Source of the DNA: Candidatus Eiseniibacteriota bacterium
Lineage (GTDB): Bacteria; Eisenbacteria; RBG-16-71-46
NCBI GenBank assembly: GCA_963725865.1
Contig: CAVSAC010000010.1
Coordinates: forward strand, 1,024,001-1,088,000
Direction of reading: 5' to 3'
DNA length: 64,000 nucleotides
Below the pieces are notes generated by a model. The model was not told where the DNA came from, ran no database searches, and saw nothing but the letters and a program-made list of their open reading frames with translations. How positions within the stretch are numbered: the first letter of the stretch is position 1; each line of letters starts with the position of its first letter. Below are positions 41,518 to 50,806 of this stretch, piece after piece. The translations under genes and the position numbers were made by a program.

Positions 41518-44500
41518 ATGAGACGGTCGTGCGTGCCGCCCCTGCTCGCACTGCTGTGTCTGCTCGCGCGGTGCCCGGCGCTCGCCGCGGCGCCGCCCGC
41601 ACCGAATTCTGTGCGCCTCCAGCTCGATCAGGCCCATCAGTTCAGCGTCCAGGCCCGGTTCGCCGCGGTGGAGAGCCTGGCGACCGTGGTGCGCGACGAC
41701 CTGCAGCGACAGGCGCATCCGGACACGGTGCTGCTGGCCGAGGCCTGGAGCCTCATCGCCGAATCGCGCAATCGTCGCTTCCTGCTGTCGGATCCCACCG
41801 GCCGGCTCGCGTCGGAGCGGAGCCTCGAGTTGCTTCAGGCGTGCCGCTGCGGCCCCGACACGTTGCGGGTCGTCGATGATCGCGCGCTGGCGTGGGTGCT
41901 TGGCGCCACGCGCCGCACGCGGGACGCTCTCGGTCACTACCGCGCGGCGCTCGCGATCGTGGAGCGGCATCCGGAGTGGGGCCTGCTGCCATTCTCGGTC
42001 CTGCACTACAACGTCGGGGTGAGTCTCGGGAACCTCGGCGAGAACGACTCGGCACTGGCGGCCCTCTCCGAGGCGCTCGAGCTGCGGCGGCGCCTGGCGA
42101 TGCCGCGCGATCCCATGCCGGGCGACATCGAGGGCGTGCGGGGCACGATCCTCGAGCAGCAGGGGCGGTACGACCTCGCCGAGCTGTCGTTCCGCGACGC
42201 CATCCACACCGACGAGCAGGCGCTCGGCCCCGACAGCCCCGTGCTCAACGGCCCGCTCAGTCGCGCCGCGGCGTTCGCGTTCCGGCGCGGCGACTACGCG
42301 CGTGCGTACGACCTCTACGCGCGCGCCGCGCAAGTGCTGGTCGCCACGCCGAAGGATCCCAACCTGCTCGTCATGCGCGTCGGCATGGCGCAGACGCTGG
42401 ACCAGATGGGCGACGTGCAGCGGGCGCGCGCGATCTTCGAAGAGGTGCTGCCGGGGATGGAGGCCCGCTTCGGCGGCCAGAGCCCCGCGGTACTCGGCAG
42501 CTGGCTCAGCCTGGCCTCGGCCTGCAGCAAGCTGGGGGACGAAAAACGCGCGCACGAGCTCTACGGCAAGGTCCGCCAGGCCTACGCCGGCGACACCACG
42601 CGCACCGAGCGCGTCATGCTCGCGGCGGCGCTCACGAGCGAGGCGTTCCTGTTCGAACGGCTGGGCATACCCGACTCGGTCCTGAGCGTGGCGCGGCTGG
42701 CCGAGGAGATCGGCCGCGCCGACGGCACCCCGGATCCGACGACCATGGTCCAGGCGCTGACCTATCAGCTCCGAATTCGCGGTCGGCGGGGCGAGTGGGA
42801 CGAGGCCGACAGTCTCGACGCCAGGCTGCAGCGCGTGCTCGATCGCTCCACGCTGCAGGGGAACAACATGACCGACGATGCGTGGTGCGCGCGCAGCGAC
42901 GTCGCGGAGGAGCGCGGCCGCCATGCGGACGCGCTCGCTGCGGCAGCGGCGGGCGCGCAGGGCGCGCGCGAGCGGCTGCTGCGCAACGCCCGTGCGCTCT
43001 CGGACCGGCAGGCGCTGGTGATGGCCAACGTGCTCTCCACGCCGCTGGACCAGCTGCTGATGGTGGGCGCCGCGTCGGACCCGGCATCGATCCGGCGTTG
43101 CTGGGACGAGGTGGTGCGCACGCGCGGACTGGTGCGTGCCGAGGTGTCGCGCCGGCGCCTGCCGGCGGCGGCTGTCGGCGACACCGCGCTTGCGCGCGCC
43201 CACGGCACCTGGGTGCGCGCCGAGCAGCACCTGGCGCAGTTCGAGGTCGACGTCGCGGGCTCGCCGCGCGACCCCGAGATCGACTCCACGCTCGCCGCGC
43301 TGCGCGCCGCGGTCGACGAGTCGGAGCGCCGGCTGGCGATGGTCGCGGAGCGCGTGGTGCTGCCGGTCGATCCCGCGAGCGTGAACCTCGACGCCGTGCT
43401 CGCACGGCTGGCGCCGGGCCAGGCGCTGGTCGGCTTCGTCCAGTGCCCGCGCCGCGAGGGCACCCGCCACCTGCTGGCGTTCGTCGCCCGCGGCGGCACG
43501 AGCGAGGTGGTCTCGGCGGACCTCGGCGACGTCGACGAGTTGGCCGCGGTGCTCGGCGCGTGGCGCGGTCAGCTCGGGGAGCTCGATCCGCAGCGCCGCT
43601 CCGAGTCCGCCTGCCGTCGTGCGGGCGCGCAGGTGCGCGCGCGGGTGTGGGACCCGCTCGCGGCGGCGACCGGCGATGCGCGCGACGTGTTCGTGGTACC
43701 CGAGGCGCCGGTCGCCGGGCTGCCGTGGGGGGCGTTGCCGAGCGGCGCGCGCGGCTACCTGGTGGAGTCGGGCACCCACGTCCACGTGCTCGATGCCGAG
43801 CGCGAGCTGATGCCCGCAGGCGCGGCCTCCGACGGACGCGGGTTGCTGGCGGTCGGGGGTGTGGACTTCGATCGCGAGCCCGCGCGGGACGCGGCCACCT
43901 CCCCGACCGCCGCCACGAGCCGCGCGCCGCTGTCGGACTGTGACCGCGACGCGCTCTCCCACCTTCCACCGCTGCCCGGCACGGCGGCCGAGGTGCGCGA
44001 GGTGGCCGACGCGTGGTCGCAGGATTCGACCGCAGAGGGAGCCCCGACGCGGCTCGAGGGCGAGGCCGCCACCGAGAGCGCGTTCAAGCGGCTGGCCGGC
44101 CGCCAGCGGGTGCTCCATCTCGCCACGCACGGCATCGCGCTCAGCGACAGCTGCGGGCGCGGCATCCCCGGCGCGCGCGGGGCCGCGCACGCGGCGGACG
44201 GGAGTGCCCAGCCCGCCGCGGATCACCGCGCGACCGCGCGCGGGGTCGGCGGCGTGCGCCCGTTGGCCGCCGACCGCCATGGCACGCGCGCGCGTTCGAA
44301 GTCCGCGCCCGACTCCACCGCGGCGGTGTCCGCCGCGCGGGCGCCTTCGCCGTGGATGGGCCGCCAGGTCCTGCTCGCGCTCGCCGACGCCAACCACGCG
44401 CTCGAGCACCAGCGCGACGCGGACGACGGCCTGCTCACCGCCGAGGAGGTCACCACGCTGGACCTGCGCGGCGTCGACTGGGTGGTGCTCTCGGCGTGCC

Positions 44501-44781
44501 ACTCCGGAGTCGGCGAGTCGTGGGCGCGCGAGGGGGTGCTCGGGATGCAGCGCGCGTTCCACCTGGCGGGCGCGCGCACCGTGATCGCGAGCCAGTGGTC
44601 GGTCGATGACGACGCCACGCGCGACTGGATGCGGGCGCTCTACCAGGCGCGCGCGCACGGCGCGACCAGCGCCGCGCAGGCGATGGGCGACGCCAGCCGC
44701 GCGGTGCTCGCGGCGCGGCGGCACGGCCACCAGTCCACCCACCCGTTCTACTGGGCGGCGTTCACCGCGAGCGGCGAGTAG
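41518..44781 (+). CDS. Exported TPR + CHAT (caspase-like) protease 1
   Basis: GGAGGT RBS, signal peptide, TPRs, LPPLPGTAAEV, VLHLATHG, DGLLTAEEV, VVLSAC, SQWSVDD, HPFYWAAF. Confidence 0.9.
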   Translation: MRRSCVPPLLALLCLLARCPALAAAPPAPNSVRLQLDQAHQFSVQARFAAVESLATVVRDDLQRQAHPDTVLLAEAWSLIAESRNRRFLLSDPTGRLASERSLELLQACRCGPDTLRVVDDRALAWVLGATRRTRDALGHYRAALAIVERHPEWGLLPFSVLHYNVGVSLGNLGENDSALAALSEALELRRRLAMPRDPMPGDIEGVRGTILEQQGRYDLAELSFRDAIHTDEQALGPDSPVLNGPLSRAAAFAFRRGDYARAYDLYARAAQVLVATPKDPNLLVMRVGMAQTLDQMGDVQRARAIFEEVLPGMEARFGGQSPAVLGSWLSLASACSKLGDEKRAHELYGKVRQAYAGDTTRTERVMLAAALTSEAFLFERLGIPDSVLSVARLAEEIGRADGTPDPTTMVQALTYQLRIRGRRGEWDEADSLDARLQRVLDRSTLQGNNMTDDAWCARSDVAEERGRHADALAAAAAGAQGARERLLRNARALSDRQALVMANVLSTPLDQLLMVGAASDPASIRRCWDEVVRTRGLVRAEVSRRRLPAAAVGDTALARAHGTWVRAEQHLAQFEVDVAGSPRDPEIDSTLAALRAAVDESERRLAMVAERVVLPVDPASVNLDAVLARLAPGQALVGFVQCPRREGTRHLLAFVARGGTSEVVSADLGDVDELAAVLGAWRGQLGELDPQRRSESACRRAGAQVRARVWDPLAAATGDARDVFVVPEAPVAGLPWGALPSGARGYLVESGTHVHVLDAERELMPAGAASDGRGLLAVGGVDFDREPARDAATSPTAATSRAPLSDCDRDALSHLPPLPGTAAEVREVADAWSQDSTAEGAPTRLEGEAATESAFKRLAGRQRVLHLATHGIALSDSCGRGIPGARGAAHAADGSAQPAADHRATARGVGGVRPLAADRHGTRARSKSAPDSTAAVSAARAPSPWMGRQVLLALADANHALEHQRDADDGLLTAEEVTTLDLRGVDWVVLSACHSGVGESWAREGVLGMQRAFHLAGARTVIASQWSVDDDATRDWMRALYQARAHGATSAAQAMGDASRAVLAARRHGHQSTHPFYWAAFTASGE

Positions 44782-45001
44782 CCCGGGGCGAGCGCGGCGG
44801 GTAACCGCGCGGGCTCCTGCTTCCGGGCGTCGGCGAGCGAACGGTCGTGCGCCCGCGGAGGCGTCCCGCGGCGGCCGCGCGGGCCCCGCTCACCTGTTTC
44901 GCGCTGCCGCGTGGACGCCGGACTCCCGCACGCGATCCTTGCCCCTGCCCAGAGTGGATGGAATACTCAACCGGCCGGTCCTGCCGGCGTCGGACCCCCT
45001 C

Positions 45002-47722
45002 ATGCACCAACACCTCGCCCGGCATGGCCGTGGCCTCCCGTGGGTGATGTTTGCCCTTCTGATACTCGGTGCGGGTCACGCCGTCGCCGCGACGACTCGC
45101 CTGAGTCGCTTCGACCCGGCGCTCGCGATCGTCGACAGCCTGCAGCGCGCGGGTGCCATGCCCGCCGCGTTCGCAATGCTCGACTCCCTCCAGACCGCAG
45201 CGCTGCGCCACGAGGATGCCGACCTGCGGATCGCGGCCAGCCTGGGGCGCGCGCGCGTGCTGCTGAATCTGGGGCAGGTGGACGAGGCGCAGGTGGCCCT
45301 GCGCGGGCTGGCAGCCGAGCTGCGCGCCCGCCGCGACACCCTGGCGCTCTGCCGGCTCACCCGCCACCTGGCGCGTGCGGACGAGATGCGCCGGCGCTCC
45401 GCCGAGGCGCGGGCGGGGTTTGCGCGCAGCCTCGCGATGGCCTCGGCCGCGCGGCTGCCCGCCGAGGTCGGCTGGTCGCTGGTGGGCCTCGCCTTCAACG
45501 ACATCAACGCCGGGCATGACCGCGACGCCCTGGCGCACTCGCGACGGGCGGCGGCTGCCTTCGCGCGCTCCGAGGATCGCCGCGGCGAGTTGACCGCGCG
45601 GGCCACGCTGGCGCGCACGCTCCAGGCGGCCAGCCGGGCGGCGGAGGCGCGCCGCGAGTACACCCACGCCATCGAGCAGGCGCACCGGCTGGGCGACCGC
45701 TTCCTCGAGGCGCAGAACCTGGACAACCTCGGCTCGCTCGAGGTGACGGCGGGCGATCCCTCGAAGGCGGCGGACCTGTTCCTGCGGGCCTTCGCGATCG
45801 AACGCCAGATGGGCCACACGCCGATGGCGCTCTGGTCGGCGAACGCGCTGGCGATCGTCTACCTGAACCAGGGCCGGCTCGCCGAGGCCGACTCCCTGCT
45901 GGGGATCGTGCTCCCCGAGGCGGAGCGCTACCGCGACCTCGAGATGCGCGCGAGGCTGCTCTGCCAGATGGGCGTGGTGCGGCGCGAGCAGGGGCGCCTC
46001 GCCGAGGCGGTGGAACTCGGCCGCCGCGCGATGGCATACGCCGACTCGATCCCGCTGCCCGCACTCCTCGGCATCACGCCCCCGCTCCAGGCCACCTACG
46101 AGCGGATGGGCCGCGACGGCGACGCGCTCGCGGTGGTCGACGGCCTGATCGCACGCTCACGCGACCGGCTGGATCCCGCCTACCTGCGCTCGCTCGGAGT
46201 GTCGCGGGCGGCGATCCTGCGCCGGCTCGGACGCCCGCGCGAAGCCCTCGCGCCCCTCCTGGCACTGGCGCAGGACCGGAGCGAGATCCCGGGCGGCGAC
46301 GATGGTGCAGAGCGACTCATCGATCTCACCGAGCTCGCACGCTGCTACCGCGACCTCGGCGAGGTCGACTCCTCGCTTGCGTGGTTCGCGCGGATCGCCG
46401 CCGGCTGGGAGCGCTGGCGCGGAACGACTCCCGATCCGAGCTGGCGCGAGAAGTACGACGACTTCGCGCGGCGATTCACCGGCGATCACGCGGCGGCGCT
46501 GCTCGACCCGCGGCGCCAGGTCCCGCCCGCGACGCGCGTGCGCGAGGCGTTCGATCTGCTCCAGCGATTCCGCGCCCGCACGCTCGCGGAGCGGATCCGC
46601 GGATCCGCGGCGACGGCCCCGGCGCGGATGACCCGCGCGGACGATCTGCAGCGCGGCGTATTGAGAGCCGACGAGGTGTTCCTGGACGTCCACGCGCTGC
46701 CCGAGACCACGCTCGTGTTCGCCGTGACGCGCGACGCGATCCGGGCCTACGGTGTCCGCCGCGCTGGCTCGCTGGTGCCCCGGCTCGAGCGCCTGCGCGG
46801 ACTGCTCGCCGATCCCGGCACGGCCGGCTCGCCGCTCGCGAGCGAGGCCGCAGGCGCGCTCGGCGCCGAGCTGCTCGGCCCTGCCGCCACGGTGCTGCCG
46901 CGCGGCGTGCGGTTGGTGGTCGCCGCGGGCACGCTCGCGCGCTACCCGCTCGAGCAGCTGCGGCTGCCCGGCGAGGCGGACGCGCTCCTGATGTCGCGCG
47001 AGGTGGCGTGGGTGCCCTCGGCGAGTCTGTTCGCCGCCGCGCGCACCGCACGAACGGGGCGCGCGGCGCGCCCGCTGCTGGTGGTGGCGCAGTCGGCGCC
47101 GGTCGGCGGTGTGAGCCTGCCCGGGGTGCGGCGCGAAGGGCGCTGGCTGGCGCAATCGTTCGCCGGCGCCGAGGTGATGACCGACGTGGGCGCGAACGCG
47201 GCCGGCGCGGTCGCCGCCCGCGCCCCGGCCTACCAGGTGCTCCACATCGCCGCGCACACGCGCTCGGGCGGCAGCCGCCCGTGGCAGGACGCCCTGTGCG
47301 TGGGCGCCGCCGACCGCGCGGACGCGTGGCTGACCGCCGAGCGGATCGCGCGGCTGCGGCTGCCGGCCCCCCTGTGCGTGCTCGCGGGCTGCAGCACGAT
47401 CGGCGGCGGCCACGATCAGGGCGAGACGCTCGACGGCCTCGCCTGCGCGTGGCTGGCGGCCGGCGCCCGCACCGTGCTCGCGACGCGCTGGGAGGTGGAC
47501 GACGCGTCCATGTCCGAGCTGATGCGGCGCTTCTACGAGCGGCTCGCGCGCGGCGAGGCGGCGGGCGCGGCGCTGCGCGGCGCGCAGCTGGAGCTGCGCG
47601 GGATCCCGCGGTTCGCGGCCCCCTACCACTGGGCGGGGGTGCTGCTGCTGGGCGATCCCGACACCCGGGTCCGGCTCACGCCGCGCGGCGGCGCGCGGCC
47701 CCCTGTGACGACGCTCCGCTAG
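45002..47722 (+). CDS. Exported TPR + CHAT (caspase-like) protease 2
   Basis: Hydrophobic leader ending HAVA, TPRs, LPGVRRE, VLHIAAH, VLAGCST, TRWEVDD, APYHWAG; start approximate. Confidence 0.88.
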   Translation: MHQHLARHGRGLPWVMFALLILGAGHAVAATTRLSRFDPALAIVDSLQRAGAMPAAFAMLDSLQTAALRHEDADLRIAASLGRARVLLNLGQVDEAQVALRGLAAELRARRDTLALCRLTRHLARADEMRRRSAEARAGFARSLAMASAARLPAEVGWSLVGLAFNDINAGHDRDALAHSRRAAAAFARSEDRRGELTARATLARTLQAASRAAEARREYTHAIEQAHRLGDRFLEAQNLDNLGSLEVTAGDPSKAADLFLRAFAIERQMGHTPMALWSANALAIVYLNQGRLAEADSLLGIVLPEAERYRDLEMRARLLCQMGVVRREQGRLAEAVELGRRAMAYADSIPLPALLGITPPLQATYERMGRDGDALAVVDGLIARSRDRLDPAYLRSLGVSRAAILRRLGRPREALAPLLALAQDRSEIPGGDDGAERLIDLTELARCYRDLGEVDSSLAWFARIAAGWERWRGTTPDPSWREKYDDFARRFTGDHAAALLDPRRQVPPATRVREAFDLLQRFRARTLAERIRGSAATAPARMTRADDLQRGVLRADEVFLDVHALPETTLVFAVTRDAIRAYGVRRAGSLVPRLERLRGLLADPGTAGSPLASEAAGALGAELLGPAATVLPRGVRLVVAAGTLARYPLEQLRLPGEADALLMSREVAWVPSASLFAAARTARTGRAARPLLVVAQSAPVGGVSLPGVRREGRWLAQSFAGAEVMTDVGANAAGAVAARAPAYQVLHIAAHTRSGGSRPWQDALCVGAADRADAWLTAERIARLRLPAPLCVLAGCSTIGGGHDQGETLDGLACAWLAAGARTVLATRWEVDDASMSELMRRFYERLARGEAAGAALRGAQLELRGIPRFAAPYHWAGVLLLGDPDTRVRLTPRGGARPPVTTLR

Positions 47723-47732
47723 GATCGTTCCT

Positions 47733-48335
47733 ATGGTCAGGGACCCCGCGACCGACCCGGAATCCGACGAGGCCCTGGTGTCGCTGCACCTGCAGGATCC
47801 CCAGGGCGCCGGCGGACGTGCGGCCCTGGAGCGCCTGGTCGGCCGCTGGAGTCCACGGACGTACCGATGGGCCTTCCGGCTCGTGCGCGAGCGCGAGCAG
47901 GCGCTCGACGTCGCGCAGGATTGCCTGGTCCAGATGATTCAGGCGCTTCCGCGCTACCAGATGCGCGGGAGGTTCTCGGCGTGGTTGTTCACCATCGTGC
48001 ACAACCGCTGCCTCGACCACATTCGGCGGCAGCGGCGGGCAGCCGAGCCGGGCGCGGACCTCGACGCGTTCCCGGACCGGGGACCGGGACCCGAGGAGTG
48101 GGTCGAGCGTGAGCACGACCGCGAGCGTGTGTTCGCGGCGATGCGCGAGCGACTCGAGCCGCACGAGCGGATGGCGCTCTGGATGCGCGCCTACGAGGAG
48201 TTGAGCGTGGAGGACATCACACGCCTGCTGCGGCTCGAGGGCGCCTCGGGCGCACGCGGGCTGCTGCAGACCGCGCGGCGCAAGCTGCGAGCGGCGCTCG
48301 GAGACGAGGCCGCCGGATCGGAGGGACCCCGATGA
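47733..48335 (+). CDS. ECF RNA polymerase sigma factor
   Basis: ALDVAQD, RFSAWLFTIVHNRCLD, region-4-like LSVEDITRLL..ARRKLR. Confidence 0.88.
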   Translation: MVRDPATDPESDEALVSLHLQDPQGAGGRAALERLVGRWSPRTYRWAFRLVREREQALDVAQDCLVQMIQALPRYQMRGRFSAWLFTIVHNRCLDHIRRQRRAAEPGADLDAFPDRGPGPEEWVEREHDRERVFAAMRERLEPHERMALWMRAYEELSVEDITRLLRLEGASGARGLLQTARRKLRAALGDEAAGSEGPR

Positions 48336-49000
48336 GTCCTGAGCGGATGAGCCCCGAGGAGTTCGCGCGCCTGATGGCGCTGCCGGCGGACCACCCAGAG
48401 CGGCGCCGGATGGAGCACTCGCCCGAGTTCGAGGCGCGGGTCCACCTGCTGCACGACTTCGAGTCACCGGGCGACGGCCAGCTCACTCCCGACGAGCGCG
48501 CCGCGGGTCGCGAGCTGGAGGCGCGACTGGCGCCGATGATCGCGACCGCGCGCGCGGCCGCGCCGCCGCGGACCCGGCGCGCGGCATGGTCGTGGCTGAA
48601 GGGCGGCGGGACTCCACGCGCCGCGCTGGCGTTCGCGAGCGTCGCGCTGGTCGCCGTGCTCGCGACCTGGATGACCACGCACGACGGCGCCCGGCGGGCG
48701 GTGCGCGGTGCACCGGAGACGGCGGCGTTCGAGCTGGCCGCGCCGCGCCCGACCGCGGGCGGAGTCCGCCTGGCGTGGCCCGCGGTGGCCGGGGCGGACC
48801 ACTACCGCCTGGTGTTCTTCGGCCCCGACATGGACGAGCGCGCGCGGATCGAGAGCCTGACGAGCACCACGCTCGAGCTGCGTGCGGGTGCGCTGCCCGC
48901 CGGGCTCACGGCGGGGACCGAAGCGTTGGTCGGGGTGGTCGCGCTGCACGGTCCCGATCCGCTCGCCACCACGCCCGCGCGGCTGGTGCGACTGCCGTAG
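48332..49000 (+). CDS. Putative single-pass membrane anti-sigma factor
   Basis: ATGA overlap with the sigma gene; TM AALAFASVALVAVLATW; C-terminal beta-rich domain (LAWPAVAGADHYRLVFF). Confidence 0.65.
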   Translation: MSPERMSPEEFARLMALPADHPERRRMEHSPEFEARVHLLHDFESPGDGQLTPDERAAGRELEARLAPMIATARAAAPPRTRRAAWSWLKGGGTPRAALAFASVALVAVLATWMTTHDGARRAVRGAPETAAFELAAPRPTAGGVRLAWPAVAGADHYRLVFFGPDMDERARIESLTSTTLELRAGALPAGLTAGTEALVGVVALHGPDPLATTPARLVRLP

Positions 49001-49260
49001 CCGCGGCTCGCGCCGCCGCGGCGCGGGCAGCACCGTGCGGCGGAGCGCCGGCGCCGTGGGTGACAGCGGTCCCCGGCGCCCGCAGCCTGCCGCTCCCCCC
49101 CGCGAGTTGCCCCTCATAAAACTCTAGGCGCGGAGGCGCCGATTCGGGTATAAACGCGCGGTTGCCCTCCCCCTACCCCGGGGACAGGCCTCCAGCATCC
49201 GAATCACCTGCAGGCCGCTTCCGCGTCCGGTACCCCCACACGAGCACATCGGAGGCAGTC

Positions 49261-49908
49261 TTGGCGTTGAAGGCGTTCATCCCCCTGCTCGCCCTCGCGA
49301 CGACGGCGGCGGTCGTGGCTGGATGCGCTCGGACCCCGGGCCCGGGACTGGCCCGGGGCGAGCAGATCTACGACACCTGCGTGCCCTGCCACGGCAAGGC
49401 GGGCCGCGGAGACGCCACGATCGGCGCCCCGCAGATCGCCGGTCTCCCCAAGTGGTACCTGGTCGCTCAGCTCACCAAGTTCAAGAGCGGGTTGCGCGGC
49501 GCCCACCCCGACGATGACTCCGGGGAGCGCATGCGACCGATGGCGCGCTCGCTCTACCGCGAAGGCGACGTGGAATCGGTGGCGGAGTACGTGGCCACGC
49601 TGCCGCCCGCGAAGCCGGCGCCGACGCTGCGCGCGGGCGACGCTGGGGGCGGCCAGGTGCGATTCACCACCATCTGCGTGACCTGCCACGGCCCCGATGC
49701 CGCCGGCAACGAGGCCCTGGGCGCCCCGCCGCTGAACCACCAGGCCGACTGGTACATGCTCGCCCAGCTCACCAAGTTCAAGGGCGGACTGCGCGGAGCG
49801 AATCCCGCCGACGCGTTCGGCGGCCAGATGGCGGCGATGAGCCAGACTCTCGAGGACACCACGGCGATGAAGGACGTCATCGCCTACATCCGCACCCTCC
49901 AGAAGTGA
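49261..49908 (+). CDS. Diheme c4-like cytochrome c lipoprotein
   Basis: TTG with GGAGG RBS; VVAGC lipobox; CVPCH and CVTCH in two internally repeated domains. Confidence 0.88.
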   Translation: MALKAFIPLLALATTAAVVAGCARTPGPGLARGEQIYDTCVPCHGKAGRGDATIGAPQIAGLPKWYLVAQLTKFKSGLRGAHPDDDSGERMRPMARSLYREGDVESVAEYVATLPPAKPAPTLRAGDAGGGQVRFTTICVTCHGPDAAGNEALGAPPLNHQADWYMLAQLTKFKGGLRGANPADAFGGQMAAMSQTLEDTTAMKDVIAYIRTLQK

Positions 49909-49924
49909 GGCACCGAGAACCACG

Positions 49925-50047
49925 ATGGCTGACACCGACGAACGGGACACGCTGTGGGGCGAGCACACCGCGCGCCTGACCTTCCTCTGGACGATCGTGG
50001 GCGCCGCGCTGTTCGCGGCGGTCGTGTTCGTCTTCGTCCTCCGATGA
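49925..50047 (+). CDS. 40-aa single-TM peptide in the oxidase operon
   Basis: Manual translation MADTDERDTLWGEHTARLTFLWTIVGAALFAAVVFVFVLR; host-like codons; fills the gap between cytochrome c and subunit II. Confidence 0.65.
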   Translation: MADTDERDTLWGEHTARLTFLWTIVGAALFAAVVFVFVLR

Positions 50048-50063
50048 GCCGGGGGCCGGCGCG

Positions 50064-50795
50064 ATGATCGACTACTTCGTCCAGAGCCTCTCGACCTACT
50101 CCCACGACGTGGACCAGCTCGTGATGCTGGTCACCGTGCTCGTGGGCTTCTGGTTCATCGCCGCCGAGCTGATGTTCTTCTGGCTGATCTTCCGCTTCCG
50201 CGCCCGCCCGGGCGTGCCGGCGCAGTACATCACCGGCAAGGAGAAGCACCTCAAGCGCTGGCTCAACATCCCGCACAGCATCATCCTCGTGTGCGACGTC
50301 GTGATCATCGTCGCGGCGGTGCGGGTGTGGGTGAAGGTCAAGCAGACGCTGCCGCCCGCCGACGAAGTGGTGCGCGTGACCAGCCAGCAGTGGGCCTGGA
50401 CGTTCCAACACCCGGGAGCGGACGGCCTGCTCGACACCCCCGACGACATCCGCACCACGGACTCGCTCCACGTCGAGGTCGGCAAGACCTATCACTTCCT
50501 GCTCGAATCCAAGGACGTGCTCCACAGCTTCTTCGTCCCGGTGTTCCGCCTGAAGCAGGACGCGGTGCCGGGCCGCACGATCACCGGCTGGTTCCGCGCC
50601 ACGAAGCCCGGCGTGCACGACATCCTGTGCGCCGAGATCTGCGGGGTCGCCCACGGCCTCATGGGCGGCGAGATCGTCATCGAGACCCACGCGCAGCACG
50701 CGGCCTGGGTCCAGTCCCACTCGGCGGTCGCGGACGCCGCGCCCACCACGACCGCGCCCACCGACGCCGCGCCCACCGGCGCCGCCACGAACTGA
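50064..50795 (+). CDS. coxB: Cytochrome c oxidase subunit II
   Basis: Two TM helices, QQWAW, DVLHSF, CuA motif CAEICGVAHGLM. Confidence 0.92.
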   Translation: MIDYFVQSLSTYSHDVDQLVMLVTVLVGFWFIAAELMFFWLIFRFRARPGVPAQYITGKEKHLKRWLNIPHSIILVCDVVIIVAAVRVWVKVKQTLPPADEVVRVTSQQWAWTFQHPGADGLLDTPDDIRTTDSLHVEVGKTYHFLLESKDVLHSFFVPVFRLKQDAVPGRTITGWFRATKPGVHDILCAEICGVAHGLMGGEIVIETHAQHAAWVQSHSAVADAAPTTTAPTDAAPTGAATN

Positions 50796-50806
50796 CGGGG
50801 AGCCCG

